Below, in pieces: positions 26,001-39,600 of a stretch of 64,000 bases of DNA. The stretch lies in NCBI GenBank assembly GCA_965649765.1, contig OZ287757.1:24180001-24244000 (forward strand), in the 5' to 3' direction. Source of the stretch: Bispira polyomma. Taxonomy: Eukaryota. Position 1 is the first letter of the stretch; every line of letters begins with the position of its first letter. The notes beneath the pieces are model-generated. The model searched no databases. It had not been told where the DNA came from and saw only the letters and a list, made by a program, of their open reading frames with translations. A program made the translations under genes and the position numbers.

Positions 26001-27600
26001 TATCTAGCACCGTTCCCGAGATAACGGACATTTTCCGAAAAAGACGCAGAAATTCAAGATGGCCGCCAAAATTGGACATTTTTTCAAAAGTTTACATATA
26101 AGCAAAATCAACCTGTGGGTCGAAAATGAGCTCAAAATCGCTCTATCTAGCACCGTTTCCGAGATATTTGACATTTTCGAATGAGACGCAGAAATTCAAG
26201 ATGGCCGCCCAAATTGAAAATTTTTTTGAAAGTTTGCATATAAGCAAAATCAACCTTGTGGGTCGAAAACAAGCCCGAAATCGCTCTATCTAGCACCGTT
26301 TTATCTCAGTAACGATCGCATATTTTTGAATGGGGTAAAAAATAAATAAAAATTCAGGCTATTCTTTAAAAGTTACGCGCTGCATGTACTGGTCTAAAAT
26401 TAAAAATAAAAAAAATCATCACACGCTCAAAAAAGCACCCATCAACACATTTTTATCCCATTTTGTATGATTGATCGACCCTGTCAATCAGTCAATTATC
26501 ACCAGATTGATCTAAAAATTTACGGACATCTATGCTTTGGTATTTGCAACGTGCATGCTAAATTTCATTGAACTATGACAAGTACTTCAAAAGAAAAGTT
26601 GATAAAAGTGCAAGACAGAGCAAAATAGAGCAAACTACTCATTTGAAGTACTCAGTACTCATTGAGTACTGGACTTAGAACTGTGAGATTTTTACATCAT
26701 ACATAAAATCAAAAAGTAGATGAATAACTTATACCAAGAAAAAGCCGAAATCGCAATACTTTCTGAGATAGCAAAAAAGTACCGATTTTTCGCATTTCAA
26801 TAAAAATCAATCGGTTGGCAATCGGTCAATTATCATCCGATTAATCTCATCAGCGTCTCCCGTCCTGAAAATTGCCTTACCAAAGTACAAACCAAATTTC
26901 ATTGCGCTATGATGAATACTTTCTGAGAAAACCTAGTGACAAGCACTTTTACACCCCCAGGGTCACCTGACATTTAAGTAGGCCAAAGTTCAAGGCCAAG
27001 AATATCAAAAAAATTTCCCACTCCTGGTTAAGAGAACTGCCAAAAATCATTTTGATGCAGATAATATTGAAGGAGATATTCAAGGAAGACCATGCGGCGG
27101 CGGCGGCAGCGAGGAAACCAGGGGTGAAACAAAATAAGCGCCCTTTTCAAGGGACGCTTTATTAGTACATTTTGGCTTATAAATTTAAAAGTAGCACCCA
27201 CAGGATTCTAAAATTCACTTTAAAACATCTACAGACCATGCCAAACATATTCTGTAAATATGAAGTGACAACTCTTCATAGTTTCAGACATTACGTTGTG
27301 GACACATATTTCATCAACTTCTTCCATATATACACCCACCTTTCTTATAAGCTAGATGGTCATCATTGGCCAAAAACATGTGAATTTTCTCCTGTATACA
27401 AACAAGAGCCCTTACGGGATGCTTAATTACCTTAATAGACAAAAAAAGTGCATTAAAGAGACATTGAAACACAGAGCAGACATATACCAAAACCATGTAA
27501 ATAATAAAGAGCTCTTCAAATCAATAATCCATAATGTCTTACAAAAGAACACTGTATATATAAGTGTGCCATATGATCACAGAGTGTACATCTGGTCTCT

Positions 27601-27651
<51 letters not shown>

Positions 27652-30600
27652 GAATCCACCCAGGGACGACAGATTTTTTTTTTTAATTTAATCTAATAGA
27701 CAAGTTATGAAATATTTCTGTAACTGAATCTACTTCATGTGCCAACTAGTTGTAACTATATGATGTATACGTAGAAAAATGAATACATCTTTATAAGGAT
27801 GCAACCGAGAGCTCGACACTCGCTATACAAGCACATTTTTGCAAGGAATTGAGTCCATTTTTCCCACTAGACTACTCGCTAATATAGCAGATTATCGCTC
27901 ATACAATATAAAAGATGCATAAAATATAAACGTTAGCACATTTCGGCCTGGTTACAGTAAATAATATTTAAGATTTTGTCAAATAACCTACATTTTATTC
28001 AATATTCCTAATATGTTTTAAAATATCAGACAAAACTACAGGAAAACGCCCAAATTTGTTTCTGGTGTTTCCAAATGGTAAATACTAAACCACGCGAGTA
28101 CCCCAATTTGAGTCAGGTTTCCAAGAACGAGCACTCGAAGCAATTTTTTGCACCCGTCCCACCCCTACATCTTTATAGTGGACAGTTATAGTGAACATTT
28201 TGGCTGGGTCTGGTGAGTGTTCACTATACAGAACTTTTACAGTACACTACAGTAACTATCATTATGATGATTCTACCACCACCTTCCAGTGTATTAAGAA
28301 AATCAAGTAAATATTTTATGCCAAAGCAGTTAAAACATTGGAGAGTATTTATCATTCACACTAGAACCTCTATTATCGAAACTTCTATTATCCGAATATT
28401 TTTGATTTTATGAACAAATTTCCACTCATCCAATTTAAGGTTTTCCTATTGTTTGATAATGAATTACCTTTTGTACTTTATGAACTTTAGATAATAGAGG
28501 TTCTACTGTACACTGAGTATAAAGTGTGGAAGGTACGAAACTAAACCAAGCACAAAAATAACAAACTTGTACAAGAAACATCCTCTACCGATTTTCAAGA
28601 AATAGTCATTGATAACATTATGAATATACTGAACATTTTACTACATTTGGTTGGTTGGTTGGTTGGATTTTACGTCGCTTTAACAACTTTGCTCATATCG
28701 CAATGGCTAGATTTAGTGGTGGAAGAAACCAGTGCTAAACCAATGTAAACCGCCGACCGAAGGCAAATACCCGACAAACTTTCTCACATGAAGGAATAAA
28801 TGGGATTAGAACCCACATTGGTGAGAGGTCAGTGATTGTGAAGTAGGTATTCTAACCAGTAGACCATCGCAGCCCCTTTTATCACGTTTTGAAGCAAGGG
28901 GAAAGAAAGGTGAAGCCCAAGTGATTCTGCACCTTCAAATGTGGTATGCTTTCTGATTTTTCGAGATGAACCATTTTTGAATTTAATGTTATATTAAGAA
29001 AGCCAAATTCAATGGTGCAGGAAAGTAGTGCTGAAGCACTAAATCACCAATCTATGGTAAATCAGTTTTACAGTACACTAACATACCCACTCCTGTCATT
29101 TCCACCTTTTACAATGGAGTCTTGAGGTAATAACCTCGCCTTCTAATTTACTACAATTAATATATAATTTAATATTATCCTTCATTGGATGGGAGAAAGG
29201 TGGACGTCATAAACAGGCAAATTATTTCCTTGATGTGGCTTATCACAGTAGCAGAAGTCAAAGATGGCGATTTTTGTCAAAAAAAAAAAAATCCTTGTAC
29301 AGTAGAACCTCTATTATCCAAACTTCTATAATCTGAATATTTGATTTCATGGCCACCTTCCCACTCCACTAAATTTATATTTTTCTACTATTTTACAGAA
29401 TTTGAATATTTAACGTCCACTCTAGTTTAGGTTATATTGGGACGGGTAGTTAGAAACGCTGGAGGAAACACTGCATACAGTTGATCAAGATTCTGCACTG
29501 AAACCAGCGGCCCACAGTAAGGAACTACCACCTTTCCCACATTGGCATCGACGGTAGTCGAAGTCACGCAGCCCAGAGGTGAGAGACCAGTGATTGTGAA
29601 GCGCAATGCTTGCTAACCACTAGGCCACTGCGGCCCCATGTTTTACAGAGAAAGCCTCTTTTGTTCATGAACCTTCAATTATCCAAACAAAATCGTCCTC
29701 TCGACATGTTTGGATAATAGAGGTTTTACTGTACTTGTAATTATGAAGCCTAACTTACAAAAATAACATCAGATTAATCGTTTCTAGAGCCCAAGCTTTC
29801 CATAACCCCCTTTATCACACTGACGTATTAATTAGTACTGCCACTTGCTAGGCAGAAAATTTTTCGATTATCACTCACGCTTTCCGACCGAGTATCGACA
29901 AATATCGACATACATTTCCCCACACTTTATCAAATTGTTAATAACAAAAGAAACCCTTCTTACCTCTATATGGTAGATTATTATTTCCACATATTGATAA
30001 TATTTTGCACCAAAATATAAATTGATATAAAATATGAATCAATATATGATCCCAGATGCATTCACTAGGTGGCGCTATTGTATAGGTTCCTGTTTCCTGT
30101 GTAAACAATGGAAATGAGGCAAGTGCTTTTATTTAGTTATTAATATCATCCAGAAGTAGTAGTAAATGACACAAAAACGCACGGAAATTGCTGTAAAAAG
30201 GTAAATATAGTATATTATGTGTTACAAATGTGCTATCGGTTCACATTTTGACTTTCGACCATTGTCGGTTTTAGGTCCAGCGAGCGATAATATTGGAAGT
30301 AGCGAGTTTCACGGCAGCACCAGTATTAATAATTATAGATTCTTACCCAATGGAGTGAATGTTCCCGATTCCTGAGTAGTTAAATGTTTTGAATTCTCAT
30401 CCTCTCTACCCGTGGCTTCTGAAATTAAAACAATAAGTTGGGTCAATATACCCAAGGTCAAACTTAAATAACATTTTAATAAACCCTATTTATATACAAA
30501 TTCTTGTTTGGGTAAGAACTTACTTTTTTTACCTTTGCTTTTAACAAAGCTGTGGTGAATTCAAATATACAGTCAGATTTTACATATTTTTTTGTCCTCA

Positions 30601-33600
30601 AAGATAGGCTCACATTAAATTTGAGAAGTTTTGGCGGATACAGCCACAGAATATTTTATTAGAACTTTCAATGCTGAATTCAAATATACAGTCACATTTC
30701 ATGGGTTTTCTCTCTTGCTAGTTAGATTTGAACTTGACCTTGAGGTGAATTTCAACCTGAGTTGAGCTTGATATTAGTTTGGGGTTTTTTCTCATGATGT
30801 TTTGCAAATTAAATTTATATCTCAATATTTTAATGAAGATAACTTCTATCTATATACAACAAATGAAGTAAAATTATTATATAGTAAGACATCATTTAAT
30901 AACCTAGGTTTTATGTTTAAATGAATTTAAAACTGAATATGTCTTGTTATTTAATGACAAAGATTACTTAACTTACCTAAATATAAACTATTTAAAGATA
31001 TAATATTACTAATCAAGAGAAACAATCCCTATTTTTTTACATTTATGACTGATTAACAAAGACCAACATAACTGAAATTCTCATATTATGCACAAAAAAA
31101 ATAAAAATTAAACTATTACCATCTAATTAACCAGTGATATCGCGCAAGCAGCTTTCTCTTTTTAACTGTAAATTTTCTAAATACAATAACAACAGTAAAA
31201 CCTCTACTGTCTGAAAATGTTCAGAGGGAAAAATATTATTCAAACAATGGAATGTTTATAACCTAAAAGAGGCATGAAGGAAAACAGAAATTTGGAATCG
31301 TGGTAATGAGTTTGTCAAAATGTTAATGTGCTGTGTAATTGTTGGGTATTTGTTCATCAAATCGAATACGGCAGAACTCCTATTATCCAAACTTGAGTTA
31401 TCCGAATATTTATTCTCCCCAAATTTACGTTTTCCTGTTGTTTAATACAGTAATACCTCTTCTACTTGTAGAATATTTTTACTCATATGAACCTTCCATT
31501 ATCCAAACAAAATCTTGCTCCTTCATTCATGTTCAGATAATAAATGTTTTTACTGTATTTCGATAAGAGAAGTTTTAGACATTAGATAGTTTACTGTACA
31601 CTACTATAGTAAAGGGCAAAATTATTATATAAAAGCCATTCAGTCGTACCTAGTGGCATGTACTGTGTGCCAAATCTCTCTGAAGTTGTCGCCTTCCACA
31701 CAGGACCACTTTCTGGTATTCCTACACCACTCAGTTCTCTTTCATCTATGCCTGACAGTCTACTCAATGCAGCAGTTTTCTCAGGCGAGTCCACTTCTAG
31801 GATGGTACTTAAGTCTCTCCTCTCAAAGTCCCGATATGGTTGCAGTGGGGGTGGTTGTGTCGGTTGTTCAAACTGGTTACTTGCCACAGATGGGGTCTCG
31901 TGTTCATAGGGTTGTGAGGCGATATCTACCCGCATCTAAATATTACAATACTTCATTAAATTGATGCGAGGTATCTTCTAAAGCACAACAACTAAATCAA
32001 TCAACCAATCATGTGTCCTACAAAATATATCATGGGTCGTCATTAGAAAGCAATGGTCTGTTCACACATCTTGCCCAAGGATGTTATCCCACCAATGAAC
32101 CTAGTGGTATTAGCAGAAGTCGAACCAGGGACCTTCTGATCACCAGACCAACTCTCCCCTACTGGGAGATGAACCAGGGACCTTCTGATCACCAGACCAA
32201 CTCTCCCCTACTGGGAGATGAACCAGGGACCTTCTAATCACCACGACAAACTCTCCCCTACTGGGAGATGAACCAGGGACCTTCTGATCACCACGACAAA
32301 CTCTCCCCTACTGGGAGATGAACCAGGGACCTGTTGATCACCACGACAAACTCTCCTTTACTGGAAGTTGAACCAGGGACCTTCAGATCACCAGACCAAG
32401 TCCATGGACGACCATAAGAATGAAAGTTAACTATAACTAACCCCCTGTTTCGCACAGCCCTATTAAATACTACATAGTCATGTCCTACTATTTACATGTA
32501 GTATATTTAGTGTTAGACTGGGTAACGCAATATGGTTTGCTACAGAATATAGGGGCATTTCACAGTAAATGGTCACCATGTCAAGGAAATTGAAAGAATA
32601 TAGCCAAACTTTTGTTATTTAACTGAATTTTATTTACATATGATAAAATTGCATTGTTTACTATTTACCGCCATATTTGGTGAACACCAACAACCAGACT
32701 GACCAAATTTACAGGAATTGCCGGAAACTACTAAATTGCAGTGTTGTGAATGGAAAAAATTCTCAAAGTTAAAAATCTATTCTGCATCGATGATTGGTTG
32801 AAAATCTTTGTAATTAATCGACCCAGTAAAAATTGATAGTTAAGACACTAGTTGCGACACAGTTAAAAGTTTCCTACCTCAGCTTCACTGGTCAGGGTTC
32901 CTGCTGTTTGTACTGACTCCCGATACCTTGACATCTCACTATGGTCACTCACTGGCTCCGTCACCTGGTCAGTGTGTCGTCCACTGACTGGATCAACAGT
33001 TGGATACTGGATATGTGGTCTACTCAATGGGTCGATGATTTGATCGGTGAATCGGTCACTATACCGGTCACTCATTGGTTTAACAGTTGGGTCACTATAC
33101 CCACTCACAGGATGGTGAATATTGGTGTTAGTGTGGGCACTTGGCCCTGTGATGTTACTAGCATAGACTGGTGGTGGAGGAATCAGATCATGCTGGGTCA
33201 GTCCTAGACCACTTGTACTGGCCACCCCATCTGATGTAGTAGTGCTACTACCACTCACCCCAGAACTGTTAGTGTACATGGGCCTGGTGTTATAAACAAA
33301 CTCTGGAGTTGTCACAGAGGCTTGCTGAGAAGCCACCTGTTGTTCTAGAACCCTCCGGTGCAGGAGTGCATGATCGTCTGCGAGTGACCTTGAGACGCCC
33401 TCTCTAAGGTCAAGGTCAGCAGTACTAGGATCCATGGGTCTAGTGTCATACACAGACTGGGGAGTTGTCACAGAGGCCTTCTGAAATGCGTCTTGTTGTT
33501 CTAGAGCCTTCCGGTGATCATCCATGAGTGACCTTGGGATGCCCTGCCTAAGGTCAAGGTCAGCAGTAGTAGCAGTAGTACTGTTGTTCCTTCTATCTTC

Positions 33601-36600
33601 TGCCATACTCCCAACGCTGGGTCTTAACGGAAACATGGTGGTCTCTTCGCCATTCATCATTTGGCCAGCCGGCCTCCTCCCAGAGATGTCCTCTCCCTCA
33701 TGCATTGCGCTGAGTCTTGGCGAGATGTCCTTGAAGTAGCCCAGGGGGCTGGTGGTGTCAGGTAGCGGACTTACCCTGGGGAATGTGGGTAGATGATGAT
33801 GTTGGTGGTTGACCTTTGTCCCCTCTGCCACCTGAGGGGGTGGTACTGAGTTATAGTCACTCTTGGCCTTATCTAGCATCTCCTCCACTCTCTTCTGCAG
33901 ATCTTCCCGAGCCTGACGCATCTGATCCTGCTGGTTGCCATGGCGACGTAGCAGCTTCTCCTGATATTCTCTGACCCGCCCTATGTCTACAGATGAGGAA
34001 GCTCCTCCCGATGTTAGTGTGCTGGAGTGTGTCAGATCCAGTTGACCCCCTCCTGCTTCACTCGGTAAGGCTGAAAGTGTCTAATAATTTTTACTACTAC
34101 GAATAAATTTTCAACAAAATTATTGTCTTAGTGCAGCATCAAGGAAATTTCGACAAAAATTGGAATAATTTGAGACTTAAATCATGTTTAAAAACAAATA
34201 TCTTCATATGGAAATTACTAAGGCTTATTTGGATCAATTTTATTGTTTGAACATGTTATTCACGATAAGGAAAGAATCGTAAAATACAAATCTACAAAGG
34301 CTTCTTGCGGTAATACATTTACAAAACAAAGATGATCGACAAAGGAATGGAGGAAAAGGATGACAATGGTAAAATGCATCAGTTCAGGCAAATACCCAAT
34401 ATCTGAAAAATTCCCTATCTTAGCCTTACCTGATGTCCTGGTACCCACGCCTTGTAATATCCCTACGCCAGCTGCCTGTGGGACTATGTAAGACTGTGGA
34501 GGGTGACTAGTACTCCGTGTAAAGCGACCTGAAGCTTCCTGACTGCGAGAGTGTAACTCAAGTCTCTTCATCTCCAATTCACGCAGTCTGTCCTCAAGTT
34601 CTTGTTTTTGAGCTCTGAATAAATACAGTAGAACCTCTATTAACAGAACTTTCTATCATCTAAACATTAAATTTTATAAAATCATTTCTACTTTCGCAAA
34701 TTTTATATTTTCCTATTGCTATATAACATATACTGAATATTAATCTTATTTTTATTTTATAATCTTATTATATAAACTCTTCTATTATCCAAACGAAATC
34801 TTGTGACCAACCTTGATTTCTAATATTATTTGGTGGCCAACCTTGTTTTTCAATACTATTTGGTGGGCAACCTTGTTTTCCAATACTATTTAGTGGCCAA
34901 CCTTGTTTTGCAATACTATTTGGTGGCCAACCTTGTTTTTAAATGTAATTTCAACTCTTAGAACCTCGGTGAAAGCGGTTGTAGTTCTATTACTCTGTTA
35001 CATCAATGCTACTTACTCTAGATGTTGCCGTCTCTGTTCCGCTTCCTGTTTAATTACTCTGTTCTCCCTGGAGATCTCCTCCTGTTGTCTCCTCTCTTTA
35101 GTCAGATACTGGCTGATCCCATTGAGGCGGGGCTAAAACCACAGACATTAGACGGTAAATTGTGTATCAATATTGACAATATTAATTTTTAGGGCCGTTG
35201 GGTGCCGATATCAATGTCGCAAAGGATACTTATTTCACCTTCAACAACACTTGTAAAAACAATTTTATACCATTTGAAGTGTGTTGTTACTTGTAAACAA
35301 TTTAATGGTTCACACTTCCTGTTTTTATCCAGGCAGATTGTGTTGTTTTAAAAAAATTGTATGTCCTGATATCGCCCAATGTTGAACTAATTTTGCCTTT
35401 GATATCAATCTTGTGGTACAGTGCATAATATGGTGGAATGTCCATATAATTTATATTTAATGGTTGTTAAAAATACAGTAGAGTTATTACTTTCCAAATT
35501 TACTTTTCCACTTTCCCAAATTGATATTTTCCTATTATTTTACACTAACATGCCTCTATCTATTTCATGGACCTCCATTATCCAATCAAAACCTTTCTCT
35601 CCGAACATGTTTGGATAACGAGGCACCTTTGTGTCTTATAAATTCAATAGTTTTAACCTATTCTCTGCGTGCTTTTTTTGTCTTTAATCAGACCTTTCGC
35701 AGCCGACAATATAGTTTTGTTTTAAGCACGACATGGTAAAATATTTTTGGGGCATGTAACTGATACAAAAAACATTTGATTAAGGAAGAAAAAGAAGCAA
35801 ATTTCAAATTTAAAAGCCTATCGAATCAACAAGAACCAACTACTATACTACTACTAGATATACTAATCTGTGTCAATCAAACTCTTTCTGTCCTAACACG
35901 TTTAGATAACAGCATTACTACTACTAGATCCTTACCTGTGTCTGTCTCAGCTGAGCTGCCTTCTCTAAGGGATGACTTAGTGTCTGCAACTCTGGGAAAA
36001 CAAAAAAACACACCAATATAATCCCACCAAAATCATATAACTCTGTGTGTCCATATCAATACACAGCTTTTACCACAGTGATGCAACAGAGCTTACTTTA
36101 TCTTAGATAAGGTATTTCTGTAAATTAAATAAATAATAATTAAAGCTTTTTTTTTTAATTAACATAAAATTTAAAATTCACATAACAAATTCTAGGATTG
36201 TACAAAAATTTCTAAAGGCACCGGTCTGTTAGTGCGACAATAATAGTATATGACGCAAATTTACCATTTGCTCAAATTAAACATTGTCTTACAGTTGAAA
36301 TCCTCTGAGTCAAATCTCAAGGGACCAGGAAAAATACGTCTACTTAAGCAGAATTTGCTTTTAACAGAGTAGATTTTAAAAGATAAAGCTTTTTGTGAGA
36401 CTACACCCTTACCTCCCACATCAGACTGGGTAGGCCTACTCTCTGTTATAGTACCACTAGATGTAATAGACCCTTCCTCTACAGAAGAATGCTCTGTCTC
36501 TCCAAGACTTTGTGATTGTGTTGACATTGTAGATTTGGTCTCCACTTCCCCTGTAACAAAAGAAACACAGCACAGTGTTTGACTAGTTAAAAACAAACAT

Positions 36601-39600
36601 CCACACTTATTAGTAACCCACACAGAGGGCTCTGTCCTAACCTAAATTAGGGGTGAGGTAAGGTAGAGCTTGGGAAAGTCCAGGTTAGGAGAAATCTGTT
36701 GATATAAACACTCATTCATATTTCTGTTCTTTATTTGTCACAACAGTTAAACACACATTATGTGGTTTTTCCCCTGAGCTTCTGGCACAGCCTACTCCAG
36801 CTGTTAGGAGTGAGAGGCCACGCTGTTCTCACTCCAGTTGCAGTGGGTTATATACAGATGTAGTCAACATTATTATAGTTAGGAAAAGCTTAGTAGCTGC
36901 TCTCAAGCCAATAGGAATTTGCTTATGTAAATTAGCGCTTATTTTCGTTGTAACAAATTCTAAGGCGCAAAAAATCACTGCCAGAGCCAAAAATCATTGG
37001 TGATAGACAGAAAGAAGTCATCATCAATACGTATATCGAGAACAGGAAAGAGACTATGAAGGGAATGCATCATTAAACAGATAGGTCTTTACACTGCGCT
37101 GAAAGAAATACAGGGACGGGGCTGTCCTAATGTGTTGAGGCAAACTATTCCATAGGGTAGGAGCATCATTTGTAAAACTTTTATCAAACTGAACCTTTGA
37201 CCTGTGCACTTTGGACTTATATTTTGGAAGAAGAAGGAATCTATTTTTGGCAGCAGCATGCATGGTATTACCATTACACTTGTTGTAACACAAGTATGGT
37301 TCAAAATATTTAGGCAAACCCGAATCAATATATATCAACTTATATACCATTATAGCAGTTTAAAAACACACCGATACCTAACAGGGAGCCAGTGGAGTGA
37401 CCTTAGAATCGCTGAGGCATGTAAAAGCCGAGCAGAACAACTGACCAGACGTGCCAATGAATCCTTGATGCATTGCAATTTGCTTAGGTTCTTTTTGATC
37501 AAACTACAACAGTGAATTGCAGTAGTCCAGTCTGCTGCCTACCAGAGTATTTGCTGCAGTTATTGCAACCGATTTTGGGAGGTACCTCCTGATTCTCCTA
37601 AGGTCTCTAAGACCCATAAAGCATGACTTACACACTGATTAGATATAACTGGAAAAAAAAAATCACTATCAAACAAAACTCCCAGGTTCTTCACTTTATC
37701 AGTTAGGGATAACAGTGTCCCAAGAATGTTTACTGGAAAAGAATTTGACAGTTCAGCACGTTCCAAACAAATACAACACAACACCGTATACAAATAAAAT
37801 ACACAAGTACAGTACAAGTACAATATAAGTACAAAACAAAATACATGACAAGATACCACAATTCAACATACAATAGAAAAACAACACTTACAACAAATAC
37901 AATACAAATACAATACCTATTATACAAACACCCCATACCTGTGGAGAGAGTGTCGACTTCTGACCTCTCCGTGACCTGTTGTGAACCAGTTTTCGTGTCA
38001 GTTGACCTTACAGTGTACTGAGTCAAGCTCTGGTCAGCTGACTCTGCCCTCCTCTGACCGCCGGGCTGACCATTACTGGCTCTGACCCAGGTCTCTCGCT
38101 GACATTTGATCTTTCCTAGGAGTTGCTTGAGACCTGTGTCTGGGGGCTTACTGGTGTCCAGGATCTGCCTGACTGTAGACTCTCCCAGACTGGATTGGGC
38201 TAAGTCTGGATATAGAGGGGCGAAATACAGTTGAACCTCTATTATCCGAACATGTTGGGAAAAATTTTGTTTAGATAATAGAAGGTTCATAGAATAGAAG
38301 AGACATTGTTGTATAAAACAAGAGGAAAACTTTAAAGGAGAGTGAATTTAGGGAGAGTGGAAATGTGTTCAAAAATGGAATTCCCAGACAATGGATGTTT
38401 GGATAATAGAGGTTCTACTGTTTTGGGATGGTCCAAATATACAGTAAAACCTTGACTTACTGGAGTCCAAGATCTGTCTTACAGTGGACTTTTCCAGACT
38501 GAATAGGGCTAAGTATAGAATTATAGTACAGTAGAACCTCTATTTTACAAACTGCTTGGGAGAGTTAGAATTTGTTTGGATAATAGAAGGTCTGTAAAAT
38601 AGAAGTGACATTTTAGTATAAAAGAATAACAAAAATAAGTTTGGGGGAGTGAAATAGAGTCTGTAAATTGAATATACGGATAATACAGGGTCGGATAATA
38701 GAGGTTCTACTTTAAATAGAAGAGATGGACAAAGTATTGTAATGGTCCAAGGCCCGTATTCTTGAAAGAAACTCAAGCTCAGACTCCCAAACAATATGGA
38801 AATTGTTACATGGAAGGAACCTATACTCTTTCCCCTCCTATTGTTGCAGGAGAAAAGGAGAGCAGCAAGGTAGGAGGGGCTGTTAAGGCTGTGAGAGTGA
38901 ATATTTAACAGAGAGCATGACTAGTAGTCACAAAGATTCTTTTTAAACTCAGCAAATTCTGGTTCTCAGTTAACACTGAACATATGTGGTTAGTGAGATA
39001 TATTACTGATAAACACTAAGTACCTACCTTTACTGTGTTGTGTAAATGGAGCTCTAGGTACCGATTCATCCAGTGTAGTCACTGAAGACTCATCTGTAAG
39101 AGCAGCAGGGACAGGTTCAGAGTCCAGGATTAAGTCTTTCACTTCCGACGACTGGCCTAATAGTGTGGAAGTATATACAGGATATAACATGTAAGGTAAG
39201 ATGATGAGTAATTTTTATAGCGCCAAAATTGATGGCCAAGTAAACCATCTATACAGATAACCATTGGACCAGTCCAGGTACATCACAAGGTTCATAAGAA
39301 AGGTGTGGAGTGTGCACTGAGTGAAGCTTAAGGAGAATAAGCCTGCCTATAAAGGCTTTAGGGTTTTTTCCTGATGAGATAAAGTGATGTCTAGGAATCC
39401 TCTAGGGTGCACCATCTGTAGAGTTAACCATTACAATAGTCCAGGCAAATTACAGGTTTCATTAGGAAGATATGGAGTAGAAGGAATATGCCTGCCTGAA
39501 AAGGTAAGACATTAGGCTAATTCTGAAAGCGCTCAGACTTGTCTGTGTATGGATAACAGTAGGAAGCTTGTTTAATTCATTTGGAGCTGGATAAGTAAAG

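Noticed and set aside
27356-27691. 111-aa ORF
   Set aside because: Runs through the tRNA gene and has no coding character.
29087-29142. Candidate extra CEP295-like exon (tag|KARLLPQDSIVKGGNDRS|gtatgt)
   Set aside because: Phase 0/2 does not fit the flanking phase-1 junctions, and the phase-1 reading hits a stop.
20352-33739. Plus-strand ORFs over large exons (20352-20892, 31653-31964, 32941-33207, 33524-33739)
   Set aside because: Antisense shadows of GC-richer CEP295-like exons.
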